From the NCBI RefSeq assembly GCF_009914755.1, contig NC_060929.1: a DNA stretch of 64,000 nt, one strand, 5' to 3'. This DNA is from the human T2T-CHM13v2.0 reference genome, Homo sapiens. Every line of letters starts with the position of its first letter. Within the stretch, counting starts at the first letter, position 1. The translations under genes were made by a program, and so were the position numbers. Below are positions 1 to 15,070 of the stretch, piece after piece. The notes under the pieces are model-generated. The model was not told where the DNA came from, did no database searches, and saw only the letters and a list, made by a program, of their open reading frames with translations.

Positions 1-209
1 CCCAGGAAGTTGCTTCTCCCTGGGGCCTGCATTCAATTAACATTTTGAGGTTAACAGGTGTGGACCATCAGGAAATGGCCTCTCCCTGGAGCTGCCAAAT
101 ACATATTTTTAGAGAGGCAATGCAATAATTGCCAAACCATCACCCAACATTTCTAGTGGGTTGGGGGAGAACCCTGTCCTGCCCTGCTCATGCCTAACTA
201 CCTGTAACA
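1..209 (-). mobile_element. ERV1-class LTR fragment, MER50-like (cut by window edge)
   Basis: Reverse complement begins TGTTACAGGTAGTTAGGCATGAGCAGGGCAGG, resembling the MER50-family 5' terminus; TGTAACA end at 203-209. Confidence 0.65.
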
Positions 210-427
210 GTCTATGGCCCTGAATCATTAGGCTGCTCCTACTTGAAATTCACTCAATCTTCAGAGTCAGATGCATCCAACTGTCCATCAAAGATTTAAG
301 TTCACAACAGGTTGTCTTCAGATAATATTTGAGCTTTGAGGCCTGTGCACTGTGCAATGAATGAATGATATAGTTGCACAGAATGTTCACCTAAATATCT
401 TCACTACAAGCCAAAGTAAATGTGAAT

Positions 428-1145
<718 letters not shown>

Positions 1146-1149
1146 ATGC

Positions 1150-1335
1150 TTGAGTGGTTCTTATGCCTCAAGAACTTTACACTGTTTCATTTAAGTCCCA
1201 TGTCCGCCCTATAAGGTAAATACTATTGTTCCCTCTTTGTAGACTTGAGAAAACTGAAGGTTAGAGAAGGTCAGCAATTTGTCTGGGGTTACCAGCTGAT
1301 GAGTGGATGAGACACAGACCAAGTCAGTCTGACAC
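1150..1335 (-). mobile_element. MIR
   Basis: Antisense MIR core (GAGAAAACTGAAGGTTAGAGAAGGTCAGCAATTTGTC...CAGTCTGAC). Confidence 0.6.
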
Positions 1336-3203
1336 AGTATTCACACACACTGTGTAGCAGGGAGCAGGACTGCTTTGATCGCCTTGGACCTAAGAACCCC
1401 TTCAAGGTGAGGTAGTACCATGCAGGAGATGACCTCCAACAACCAGAAGGGGCTCAGGGATGGTGCAGAGAAGGCAACTTTGAAAGAGGAAGACATTTTT
1501 TCTTTCTTTGGATAATGCCCAGATGACTCACCCTTTCTCCTCTCTCAGCTCCAAATCTTCATGTCTTAATCTTGATGTGTCAGATCTGGGGACCTATTGG
1601 AGTGCTCCCCAGAGAGGTTGTCCTTCTGTCTCAAAGCACAGGTTAGGACAAGCAGCAGCTCTATTTGGGCATCTATTCCTGAAGCGAGCTGCAATTTGAT
1701 ATTCTTTTACTGTTTACTTCTGCTTTAATTACAGGGTGGGGGAAAGAGCTCCTAAAATTTGCCAAAAACTTTGGTGATTTTTAAAAAGTCCTTCTTTACT
1801 TTCCAATTATTCAACTCTGCTGGGAAAGGCAATAGGAACGCTTTTGGAACTGAGTTTGCTGCTGAGTTGCCAGGGTTTCGAGATCTCTGCAAAGGTCATT
1901 GTTTTTTGTAAAGGTCATTGTCTTTTCATGAAAACCCCGGCAAAGCATGCCAACGCAGGAAAGCCACCAGCTTGCCAAATGTCCGGTGTCCCAGTCACCT
2001 GCTCTTCCTGCCCTAGGAAGGATGTGAGATGATCTCTGGAGTAAAGACATCAGATGGGGTTTGTTCCTTTCTTGCTCTTAAATCAGCTGCAAAATGCAAG
2101 AACAAAGCACACACAGGATGATTCCCTGAGCCCTGTGCCGCCTCCTCGTTAAAGGCCAGCAGCTGCTGGGTGTTGCACAGAGCGAGATAAGCAATACGAC
2201 ATTTGTAGCCGTTCACATCCTGAACGTAGAGCATTGTGTTCTCAACGGAATTTCTGAGGCTTCAAGCCCTGAAGAATACCCAACAAGTGAAAATACAGAG
2301 AAAGGGTGTGCTCTGCTCAGGGGTCCTGGGTGGGGTGGGGGATACACAGCAGGAAGGGCAGGCAGAATCCAGCAACCAAGTCACGAGTCGCTAGCTCTTC
2401 AGAAAAGTGGCTCTGCTGACAAGAGAATTAGGGCAGGATGATTTTGGCAAGCCCCGTGTTGTGTTAGCTGCGCAAACTTTTTCTGTTCTCTTATGCAGCC
2501 TCTTAACAACTGGGCGGGGGCATCTTTTCACATTTCATGGAGAGGCTGATTCTTGTCAGATGTTTAGCAAAGGGCTTCCACATTAGGTTTATCAAGCACA
2601 CACAATTCCAGATGCAACGCGGAGTCCATTTAGTTTGAGAAGATTAAAATGTGCCGTTTCCTGCCATTGGCAGCATTTTCATTTTTCCTCTTTCCTTACA
2701 GTTTTCTCACATTACTTGAAGTGATTCTTACCCTTATCTTTACACTGTGTTTTAAAGAAAATTATGGGGGGAGAGGAGAAAAGACCCAGAGTGTCACCGG
2801 GAGCACCTGACAGGAAGCCGCTAAACTGTGTGAGCACCTCCTGATTGGAGATATTCTCCTCCCCGTTGGATGCCTCTGATTTACCTCTCTATGGACAGAT
2901 ACTAATTTCAAACCCATGGCCATAAGATTATTTCAATGACTTCCCTTCCATCTTCCTGCCTCCTCCAATAGCCTCGATGTCCTTATTCCTCCCCCCAACA
3001 AGCCTACCTCAGTCACCCACCATCAACAAACACAAATGCAGCTCTCCACAGGTCTCTCACAAAGAGTCTACACAGATCCCACACCAACCAACTCCTACAC
3101 CCAAGCCAATGCCCCAAGAATGTTATCATCATCTGAGAGAAGGGCTAGGACAGGCCACCCAAATACAGTAGTGACTGTACTGTACTGACAGAAGCAACTC
3201 AGG

Positions 3204-3251
3204 ATATATGTGTTTGTGTGTGTGTGTGTGTGTATCTATATATATATATAT
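3204..3251. repeat. (TG)n(TA)n compound microsatellite
   Basis: Read directly. Confidence 0.9.
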
Positions 3252-3380
3252 CTCCATATGTTCTCTTCGAAGGAGATATCCCTAGAGAAATATATGTGTA
3301 TAACTAAATATATGAACACTTTCACTTAATGTAGATTTAAATATATGTAGATACATGTATATATATTCTTTCCCCTATCT

Positions 3381-4190
3381 CATCCATTCATTCATTTATT
3401 CAACTTAAATTCATTTAGTGTTTACTGTATGCCAAGCACTGTTCTAGGCAGTGAAGACTCAACAGGAAGAAAGAGCCAGGTGAAGACTGGCTAGGCAGTG
3501 AAGACTCAACAGGAAGAAACCGCATTTCCTGCACTTTGATAGGAAATGTTGGTAATCCTACATTTGGTAGAGTAAGACAAAAATAAACACATAAATGTAT
3601 ATTTCAGGTTATGATAGGGGATATGAAGAAAAAGCAAGCAGGGAGGTAGGAAGTGATGGGGATTGAGGGTGATGTTTTAGATGGGTGGTCAGGGAGGCCC
3701 TTGCTCAGAAGGGGAAGGCTGAGTGGAAAGCTGAAGGAAGCGAGCATGAGCCATAAGGACATCAGAGTGGACACCCAGGGAGAGGAAAAAGCACGTGCAA
3801 ATGTCCTGTTTGGGAGCATGCTTCTTACTTTGAAGAAGCAGCAAAGAGGCCAGGAGTAGAAAGAGTAAAGGGAAGCGGTGGGAAATGAGGTAATAGAAGC
3901 GGGGCCCAGAATGAGAAAGGCAGACTCTGGCAAGCTCTGAACAGAGGAGAGGCACCATCTGACTACTGGCATAGCAGGATGCCTGCTGAGTAGGAAGAGT
4001 TTGAGCAGTCAGGGACAGAAGCAGGGAGCCTAGTTTGGAGGCAGCTGCAGTAATCCAGGTAAGAGGTGATGGAGCTGGGATAAGGTAGCAGTGAGAGAGG
4101 TGGGAGTGGAGAGTTTCTGGATATACTGAGAAGAGAGAGCTTCAGGAAGTGCTGATGGACTGGGCTTGCGGGATGGCCTTGGTCCTGAAA
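3381..4190 (-). mobile_element. L2 (LINE2) 3' fragment
   Basis: Starts with the antisense L2 tail (CATTCATTCATTTATTCAAC...GCCAAGCACTGTTCTAGG) followed by purine-rich antisense L2 body. Confidence 0.7.
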
Positions 4191-4291
4191 CTCCTGGCAA
4201 GGGAATAGGCCCAGCTGTCAGCTTAGAGAGTGCAAATGCATCAGAAATCAAGGCCTCTTGAATTCTGGCTCTTACGCAAGAGGCAAAGACC

Positions 4292-4465
4292 CCATTTATT
4301 TAGCACCTACTATGTGTCAGGTGCTGCCTTAGGTATTTTCACAGAAACTTCTTCCTCACAAATCTTTGAGATGGGTTTGACTACTTCCACTTCATGGGTA
4401 AGGAAACCAGAATCTCAAAGAAGTTCAATCAGTCAGGGACGGAGATCTGAACCTGTGTCTACCAG
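4292..4465 (-). mobile_element. MIR
   Basis: CATTTATTTAGCACCTACTATGTGTCAGG...GGAAACCAGAATCTCA, antisense MIR pattern. Confidence 0.55.
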
Positions 4466-4699
4466 TCCCCAGGGCTGTTAATCAGAGACCTTTACAGAGG
4501 GAGAGCCTAGCAGAGTGGCTTGGGGGTCGGGGGTCGCTGCAAGCTCAGCAAAGGGAGGCACCAGAATAAGGGAACCCTCACACCCTCCCAGGCAGCCACA
4601 GCTTCGCACCAGAGCTCCAGGGTGGAGCTGCAAGTCACGGGTCTGACCTAGCACCAAGCTTCCTCAATAGGATCCAGGATGTAGCTGCTGGGGCTGCAG

Positions 4700-5350
4700 C
4701 CACCGGAAGCAGGAAAACCAACTAGGGACAGGCAGGAGATCCAGTTGACCCATCCAAGCCCCAGGCCCGGCTTTCCTGCGTGAGAGGGAGGGTGCCACCA
4801 GGTGCTGCCCACAGCCCCTGTAGTCAACGCCCTTCAAATTTAGTTTCCACATTTCAGCCTCCACACACCAAAACTTTCAGCTAGCCATCCTGGGAGGAGC
4901 CCCTAGGTCGCTGCCTCTGGGCTGGCTGGGGCCGATTGGAGGAAATGGGCCTGCACTCAACACTTGTGCACCTGCACTGGGCGTTGTGTATTTCTCCTCT
5001 GGTTGCCAGAGCAACAGAAACAACAGTGGCTGCCGAAACCCCCTTAACACCACAGCCCAGGCTGACCCTGACCAATGGCAGCCAGACCTTGCATCTTGGC
5101 CTCTTCCCTTTCCTCTCACCCCCCTGAAAGTATCTCCTCTGAAACCAAAAACTTAACCGGCCTCTTTCACTGAGCTGAAATGGTTCTCAGAGCTTGCCCA
5201 ACTCTGAGCTCTTCCTGACACGCCTGGGTTTCTGACTGTCAGCACCCCAGGGAGAGGGTGGGACGCCCAGATCCAGGCATGGAGCAGAATGTCGCCTAGG
5301 GAGAGCGCCGGGAGCCTCCTCCTCAGAACCACTGCGGAAGCTACTTTACT
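4700..5350. promoter_or_regulatory. Candidate promoter/enhancer with RFX X-box, CCAAT boxes and ETS sites
   Basis: GTTGCCAGAGCAAC at 5002-5015 fits the RFX consensus GTNRCC-N0-3-RGYAAC; GATTGG 4934-4939; CCAAT 5072-5076; CCGGAAG 4703-4709; CGGAAG 5335-5340; locally GC/CpG-richer. Motif evidence only. Confidence 0.4.
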
Positions 5351-5854
5351 GCAAACAACCTAAGTAAAGTGGGCAGCTTCCCAAGGTGTGGCCCCAGCTG
5401 CTGACCCCAGAGTTTGTACTCAAACACCCGTGGGCCTGGCTACTGCCCTTATTGACAAATCCAATCTCATCAGATGCTCTGGGGCTGTAGGTCTTCATTC
5501 CATGTCAGGAATGCCCCGCTTTGAGAGGACTTGTGATTGTGGTAATTTATGACACCAGCTGCTGTGAAAATGACTGGGGAATGGGCAAATTGCCCTGCCT
5601 GTAAACTCACAAATGGACATCCAGGACCAGAGATGCCCTCGCTCGGAAGCAAGCACCCATATCGCCCTGCCTCAAACTGTGGGGTGCTGGGCTAGCTCAC
5701 GTTTCATCTCTCAGGTTGCTGTTCAAGTTGCAACCAGAGAATTCCATGTGCTCAGCTGGGAAACAGGACACCAGGGTCCTTCCCTCCATTCTGTGAGTAT
5801 CCACCACAGGAGGGTGAGGGAAGAGGGCACCTCTATGCTGTTTTTTTAGTTATT

Positions 5855-5995
5855 TCCACAACCCCACAAGTTAAATATAGCATTTTCCACATGTGTACAA
5901 CTGAGAAAATCAAAGTTCAGTGAGGTTAAGTGACTTGTCTGAGATTGCACAGTGAGCAAGTAGCAGGACCAGGATTTGAATCCAGATTTCCTATC
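5855..5995 (-). mobile_element. MIR
   Basis: GAGGTTAAGTGACTTGTCTGAGATTGCACAG...GGATTTGAATCCAG, antisense MIR core. Confidence 0.7.
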
Positions 5996-6084
5996 TCACA
6001 TTATACTGTAGAGGCATATTTAAAGTCTTTAATAAAGGGCTCAGTTCCTTGATTATCCCACACAATAAACAAAATCATAGGTAC

Positions 6085-6465
6085 TCTATTAGTTTGCCAG
6101 GGCTGCCATAACACAGTATCACAGTCTGGGAGGCTAGCAACAGGAGTTTATTGTCTCACGATTCTGGAGGCTAGAAGGCCAAGATCAAGGAGTGGGCTAC
6201 TTCTGAGGCCTCTCTCCTTGGCTTGTAGGTGGCCATCGCCTCCTCCCTGGGTCTCCACATGCTCTTCCCTCTGTACATGTCTATGTCCTACTCTCTTCTT
6301 ATGAAGACACCAGTCACGTTGGTAATCCTAGCGGGATAATTCCAGTGACCCCATTTAACAATAATTACCTCTTTAAAGACTCTCTTCAAATGCAGTCACA
6401 TTCTGCGGTATCAGAGATTAGGATACATGAATTTGGAGGGGGAAGATACAATTCACTCCATAACA
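6085..6465 (-). mobile_element. MLT1A-type MaLR solo LTR
   Basis: Termini TCTATTAGTTTGCCAGGGCTGCCATAAC and ...CCATAACA; 5-bp TSD GGTAC at 6080-6084 and 6466-6470. Confidence 0.85.
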
Positions 6466-6604
6466 GGTACCAAGCCCTGTCTTTTCAATGCTTGTTTTAG
6501 CTCCTCAATAATAAAATATAACAACAATATTCTAAATATAAATAAATATGGTAGGCATTCAAATGATCATGAAAAAAGAAGGCTTTTACTAAAAGTTAAT
6601 TGTC

Positions 6605-6934
6605 TTTCTTTTTTTTTTTTTTTTTTTTGAGACACTGTCTTGCTCTGTTGCCCAGGCTGAAGCGCAGTGGTGTGAAGCTCAGTGGTGTGATCTCAGCTCA
6701 CTGCAACCTCTGCCTCCCAGGCTCCAGGAATCCTCCCACTTCAGCCTCCTGAGTAGCTGGGACTGTAAGTGCATACTACCATGCTCAATTAATTTTGCTA
6801 ATTTTTGTATTTGTTGTAGAGATGGGGTTTCATCATGTTGCCCAGGCTGGTCTCGAACTCCTGGGCTCAAGCAATCCTCCTGCTTCAGCCTCCCAAATTG
6901 CTGAGACTACAGGCTTGAGCCACTGTACCTGGCC
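6605..6934 (-). mobile_element. AluJ element
   Basis: Antisense Alu with J-type GAACTCCTGGGCTCAAGCAATCCTCC; internal 11-bp duplication CAGTGGTGTGA (6665-6675, 6680-6690). Confidence 0.93.
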
Positions 6935-7609
6935 AAGAAATTGATTTTCAGCTGCCATTCTGTTAGCAATTTTTTTCCGAAAGCATTTCCTATGTACAAA
7001 ACACTTTGATCATTACAATGCCATATGGTACATAGCGCCTCTACTCATTAAACTTTCACTAGAGCTGAGAAGATAAGAAGACATAGACCCAAATAACAAC
7101 CATACAAAGCAGACATGCTCTATGCCCCAAGAATGGTGCCCTGTAGAGTACCAGGAAGTCCACAGGATGAGACATCACTTCTATTTGGGATAATCAAGGA
7201 AGACTTCCTGGAGGCGGTGACTTTAAAGCTTGACCTTAATGTCACATGGGATTTTAATCGACAAAAATCGGCGATGTTGGCTTTTAAAACCATACATTTG
7301 GACCTTATATTTGGATTTTTACCCCTAAAATTTCTATATAAAAATAGGAATAATATTTACAACATCATCCTGCTACACATACCTTGATGAGGAGCATCTC
7401 CAAGGAGACCAAGAAAGAAAAAGGGCAGTGTCCAGAGAAATAGAACCCAGCAGTCTGGTGCACCTGAGTCTCTCTTAAGCCCATATAAAATAGATGACAG
7501 GCTTCCATGTGTGCTGCGCCCCTCTTCCCTCACTGGTAACCACATGCCTGCAGCAGCCAGCAAAAAGTCTGACACTGTTGTGAGGCTGTCGTCAGCCCAA
7601 TTTCTCGTT

Positions 7610-7906
7610 TGTTTGTTTGTTTGTTTTGACAGAGTCTTGCTCTGCCACCCAGGCTGGAGTGCAGTGGCAGGGTCTCAGCTCACTGCACTCTTTGCCTCCT
7701 GGGTTCAAGCAAGTCTCCTGCCTCAGCCTCCAAGTAGCTGGGATTACAGAAGCACACCATCACACCTGGCTAATTTTTGTATTTTTAGTAGAGACGGGGT
7801 TTCTCCATGTTGGCCAGGCTGGTCTCAAATTCCTGACCTCAGGTGATCCACTCACCTTGGCCTTCCAAAGTGCTGGGATTACAGGTGTGAGCCACCACAC
7901 CCGGCC
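7610..7906 (-). mobile_element. AluS element
   Basis: Antisense full dimer with (GTTT)n tail; imperfect TSD AATTTCTCGTT / GATTTCTCATT. Confidence 0.95.
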
Positions 7907-8485
7907 GATTTCTCATTCTTTATTCAGAAATCAGGAGGGGGCTCGTTTCCCAAGATAGGATAAGACGTTGGGCAGACAGGTGGCTCCAGAAACATTTTAC
8001 CCAAGAACTAGGTTTATCCTCCATCTTCTGTGACTTTGGAACTCTTAGCCTTTTCCTTTCATTACTCTTCTGTATCTGTCTTTAATAGAGCAGAGACCAT
8101 TTAAATCACAAGGCCAGCTTGCTGTACTTGGGGGAGTTCTCAGGGTACAAACCAAGCATGGGGTATGTCTGATTTTGTACTTAGTTCTCCCTGCTAGGAA
8201 AGCTCTTCTGTCTCCCATCCAAAGTAGTTTTCTCTTACTCAGCCCTCAAAACTCAGCTCAAAGAGCACCCCTTCAGAGAAACCAATTCCTTTCACAGACA
8301 CTCATATCTAGGGCAGGTTTCTCTACTATATTGTCCCATTATACCTCTCCTTCACAGTTTGTAGCAACATATTAGTTTGTATCTCCTGCAGCAGATCTTA
8401 ACTTCCACAAAGGCATGTATGGGCCACGATTATCCTCATGTCTGACACATGGAAGGTGCCCCCACATGTGGACCAAACCACTGGG

Positions 8486-8700
8486 AGGCAGCCTGATGTA
8501 CCAGTAATTGGAGTCAGACAGACCTTAGTTGGAATGCCAGCTCCAACACCTACTATTTGGACAATTGATTACACTTCCTGTATCTCAGCCTCCCCTATTA
8601 CAAAATGAGGATAATCATGTTTATTTCACAAGATTGTTATGAGAAACATATAGATAAGAACATCTAGCTGGCATTTTGTGAGTGCTCATGCAGTAATATT
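8486..8700 (+). mobile_element. MIR
   Basis: GGAGTCAGACAGACC...CAAAATGAGGATAAT...GATTGTTATGAG, sense MIR pattern. Confidence 0.7.
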
Positions 8701-8877
8701 AATTGCTTTACTTCTTTTATTACCCGAACAGGCTCACCATGGTTCTCAGGGAAGCTTGACTCTCAGGCCACTCAGACCTTCCTTCATAAATCCCAAAGTC
8801 TGCCCTAGAATTTTAACTCAAGATTGAAAATGCTTTCTGGAGCTCTCTGAAGCTGAATTGGGAGGTTTCATTATCCA

Positions 8878-9790
<913 letters not shown>

Positions 9791-10587
9791 CCCCTGGAAT
9801 GGACTCGGCTCCTATTTCCCGAGTCTTTCCTCACTCTACCCGTGCTAGCCTCATTGACTAAGTCCTTAATTGACCACTCTCCACATACAAGCATGCTCTA
9901 GGTGACTCCTCCCTGCCCCATATCCCTGTTCAAATATTTTCATTTTCTTTACTCTTTTTTCATCCATTTGTATCAGTTTTCTTCCTCCAAAGTCATATGT
10001 GCCCAGGATTCTACATGCATGTAACTCCACAGTCAGTCCATTTCACAGCTCAACTCTTTCTTATTTCTAAAGTTCAATTTATTTCAGAATTACCCTTAAC
10101 CTATTTAGAATGGGAGCAAATTCACATTTACACAATATTTTAGGGAAGAGTTCCTTCTCTCATGTGCCCACCCATGTCAATGTCTGAAACAGCCAGCCTC
10201 AGTGAACATTATGCTCTTAAGATGGTCTTCAAAAAGTACTATTCTTTGGTCAAATGAATTTAAGAGAAGTTTCCCTGTGAGAGTTACAATGCACATTAGG
10301 TAATTAAAGGTCTGGAAAGTCATGAAATACAGAAGCCTATTTAACTTTTAAACCCAACACTTCCAAAGCGTATTTGACTACAAACCATCCCCACATTTTT
10401 TGTTGTTGTCTTTATAACACTTTTTTACATCCAAAGCATGCTGCAATAAAGCTTCTTAAGATACTTTATTCAGAAGATTCTCATGTTCCCTTCCTCCTGA
10501 AAAAACTATCCCCAAGTAAATGAATCTCTGCTCAGCTTGGAGAAGGAGAACAGAGACAATGGGGAGAGGTGCCATACTGTAGACCCT

Positions 10588-10747
10588 TGCTACTCAAAGT
10601 GCAGTCCGTGGACCAGAAGCATTACCATTACCATCACCGAGGAGCTTGGGAAATGTAGCATCTCAGGTCCCACCCCAGACCTGGGAAACCGGAATCTGCA
10701 TTTTAGCAAGTTTATTCCTGTGCACAGTAAAGTTTGACCCATACTGG
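10588..10747. mobile_element. MER5A hAT-Charlie MITE
   Basis: GCTACTCAAAGTG...GGACCAG...CTCAGGTCCCACCCCAGACC...GAATCTGCATTTTA...AAAGTTTGA matches the MER5A layout. Confidence 0.75.
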
Positions 10748-11344
10748 CATAGATAACTCCTACACCTAAAATCTCCAATTCCCCATAATGAACACGTCAG
10801 GAGTTCAACTCATGCCCAAGTTTCCATAAGTAGAATTTGCTCCTCCCTTTAGGGTTTTACAGAGCTCAGCATTCTTTTTCAGGGTGGGCCCACACCCTTT
10901 GGAATTCTGGGAGTTTAAGGAAACCTTAGCATTTTGTGGTTTGACCACAAAGAAGCTGAGCTGACTTCTATGATCTTTTATGAAACATCCCGTGGGGAAC
11001 CTCTGGCCTCCAGCATTGAGGGATGTGCCATCAGGACTATCACTGGAACACCTGGGAGGTACTGTTATAACAAGCCACAGCCAGGTAGCGTTTAGAAATC
11101 CAATTCTGCACAGAGTACAAATGGAATTCTAAAAGGGCACTTCATTCATTTTCTGCAAAACTAGTCTCCCAACCACCAGCATGTGTATTTACCAAATGCA
11201 GTAGATTTTAAAACAACATAAACTATAACCCAAAGCAATGCTGGTATCTGGACCTCAGCCAGCCTGCCACCCTGTTCACCTGCCTTAGGTTACAAAAGGT
11301 TCCTATAATGACCTGCTTCGTAGAGTTGGATGTGAAGGGATTTC

Positions 11345-11545
11345 AAATCAAACAAACCCAGGTTCAAATACTGGTTCTGCCTCTTACCAGTCCAGTTGAG
11401 CCAACCATTTTGCTTTTTCTCTCTTAGCTGTGGGTTCTTCCCTGTAAAACAGGGCCATGAGGATTGGCTTCACAGAGCTGTTGTAACGAGGACTCCATCA
11501 GGTGAGATGTGGGAAGCACCAGCTCAGTGCCTTTCTGGTGCCAAG
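11345..11545 (+). mobile_element. MIR
   Basis: CCCAGGTTCAAATACTGGTTCTGCCTCTTAC...CTGTAAAACAGGG, sense MIR pattern. Confidence 0.55.
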
Positions 11546-12817
11546 AGCTTCAACCACATTAGATACTTCCCCCCATCCTGCCATTCCCAGCCCACTCCCC
11601 AAGTGTCAGCTCAGGAATTCCCTTCCTGTAGGCTTCCATCCTGAGGCGACCACCCTCCAAGCCCTGTGGCTGTGGAAATAGCCTGGATCCTCCTTCACTC
11701 TTCAACCACTGTGGTCACCTAGCCTCTGCCCTCCCAATTACCACAGACCACAGCTCCAGAGGCAGCCTGGAGAGCTAGCAAATTTCTTTTTCCACCTCCC
11801 TGACAGCCCTGTGGGACCACTCCTAATCTGTGACAGGCTTGGGGAAGGAGGCAAAGGAGGAGAGCTTGGAAGTAAATGGGAGAGGCAGGGCTGGGGGGAG
11901 TCCTTTCTCCACAGACCTACAGTCTGGGGTTTATACCTTCTGCCTCTGAGAAGAAATAAAGAAAAAGGAAAATGTGGTATACTTTCCTCTTAAGCCATTG
12001 AAATAAGGTAAATAAATGAACCTGTTTTCTTCTATTTAAACTTGGAGCTGGTAGAAGTTGATTCTACTAACCAACTCTCATGCAGGGATACCGAGGAAGA
12101 ATCTTCATGGAGGGAAAGCACGTCTATCATGGGTAAGTCACCATTCCCTTAAACGGAAGAGGCAGAGATATAACCATTGAGTAACCAGACTCCCAATGAC
12201 ATGTGAACTGAGACTGAACAAGATCACGAGCCACTGATTGATGATTGCTCCAATGACTTGTGGCTCATTGTTAGTACCAAGGGAGCATTGTTGCTAATCC
12301 TCCCAGCTATGAGTGTTTTCCAGATGAGATAATGTTCTGTGGACTGAGAGTGTGCACATTAGCAACACTGGCAAGGTGAAGATGAAGATGATCAGTGTGA
12401 ATAAACAGCAAGTGGTATACAGCCAGGCCTCAGAGATGGCAGGCTTGGTTCCAGACTATCCCAATAAAGTTAGCATCACAATAAAGCAAGCCACATTAAT
12501 TGTTTGGTTTCCTACTGCATGTAACTGTTATGTTTCCACTACACCATAGTCTATTGTGTGCAACAGCATTATGTTTTAAAAAGTAATCCACATAGCTTAA
12601 TTTAAAAGTACTTTATTGCTAAAAAAAAAAAAAGTGCTAACAATATGGAGCCTCCAGCAAGTCATAATCTTTTTGCTCGTGCAGAGTCCTGCCTAGATGT
12701 TGATGGCTCCTGAGTGATCAGAGTGGTGGTTGCTGAAGGTTGGGGTAGCTGTGGCAATTTCTTCATGGACAATGAAGTTTACTGCAGCAGTTGACTCTTC
12801 CTTTCACAAAATATTTC

Positions 12818-13154
<337 letters not shown>

Positions 13155-14117
13155 TGACAGCATTTTACCCACGGTAGAACTTCTATCAAAACTGAAGTCA
13201 ATCCTCTCAAACTCTGCTGCTGCTTTATCAACTAAGTTTATGGAGTACTCTAAATGCTTTGTTATCATTTCAACGGTGTTCAATGCATCTTCACCAGGAG
13301 AAGATTCTATCTCAAGAAACCAGTTTCTTTGCTCATCTGTTAAAGTTCTATCATGAGATTACAGCAATTCAGTCACATCTCCAGGCTCTACCTCTAATTC
13401 TAGTTCGCTTGCTATTTCCATGACATTTGCAGTTACTTCCTCCACTGAAGACTTAAATTCCTCAAAGTCATCTATGAGGGTTGGAATCAGCTTTTTCCAA
13501 ACTCCTGTTAATGTTGATATTTTGACCTCCTCCCGTGAATCACGAATGTTTTCACTGGCATCTAGAATGGTGAATTCTTTTCTGAAGGTCTTCAATGTAC
13601 TTTGCCCAGATCCATCAAAGGAATCACTATCTATGATAGCTATAGCCTTGCAAAATACATTTATTAAATAATAAAACTTGAAAGTCAAAATTACTCCTTG
13701 ATCCACGGGTTACAGAATGAATATTATTAGCAGGCATAAAAGTAACATTAACCTCCTTGTACCTCTCCATCAGAGCTCTTGGGTGACCAGGTGCATTGTC
13801 AATGAACAGTAATATTTTGAAAGGAATCTTTTTTTCTGATTAATAGGTCTTAATAATGGGCTCAAAATATTCAAGACGCCATGCTGTAAAGAGATTTGCT
13901 ATCATCCAGGCTTTGTTGTTCCACTTAGAGAGCATAGGCAGAGGAGATTTAGCATAATTCTTAAAGGACCTAGGATTTTTTTGAATGGCAAACAAGTTTT
14001 GGCTTTAACTTTACGTCAACAGCTACATTAGCTCCTAACAAGAGAGTCAGTCTGTCCTTTGAAGCTTTGAAGCCAAGAATTGACTTCTCCTCTCTAGCTA
14101 TGAAAGTCCTAGATGGC

Positions 14118-14479
<362 letters not shown>

Positions 14480-14547
14480 CTACACTGAGAATCTGTTGTT
14501 TAGTGTAGCCACCTTCATCAATGATCTTAGCCAGATCTTCTGGGTAA

Positions 14548-15070
<523 letters not shown>

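Noticed and set aside
4789-4810. CCACCAGGTGCTGC, CTCF-like (also ~31997-32015)
   Set aside because: Mismatches at core positions; cannot be supported without ChIP data.
13359-13706. 115-aa ORF resembling TIGD/CENP-B-family proteins
   Set aside because: Fragment of the decayed Tigger1 transposase; frameshifts and Alu insertions break the rest, so it is not a domesticated gene.
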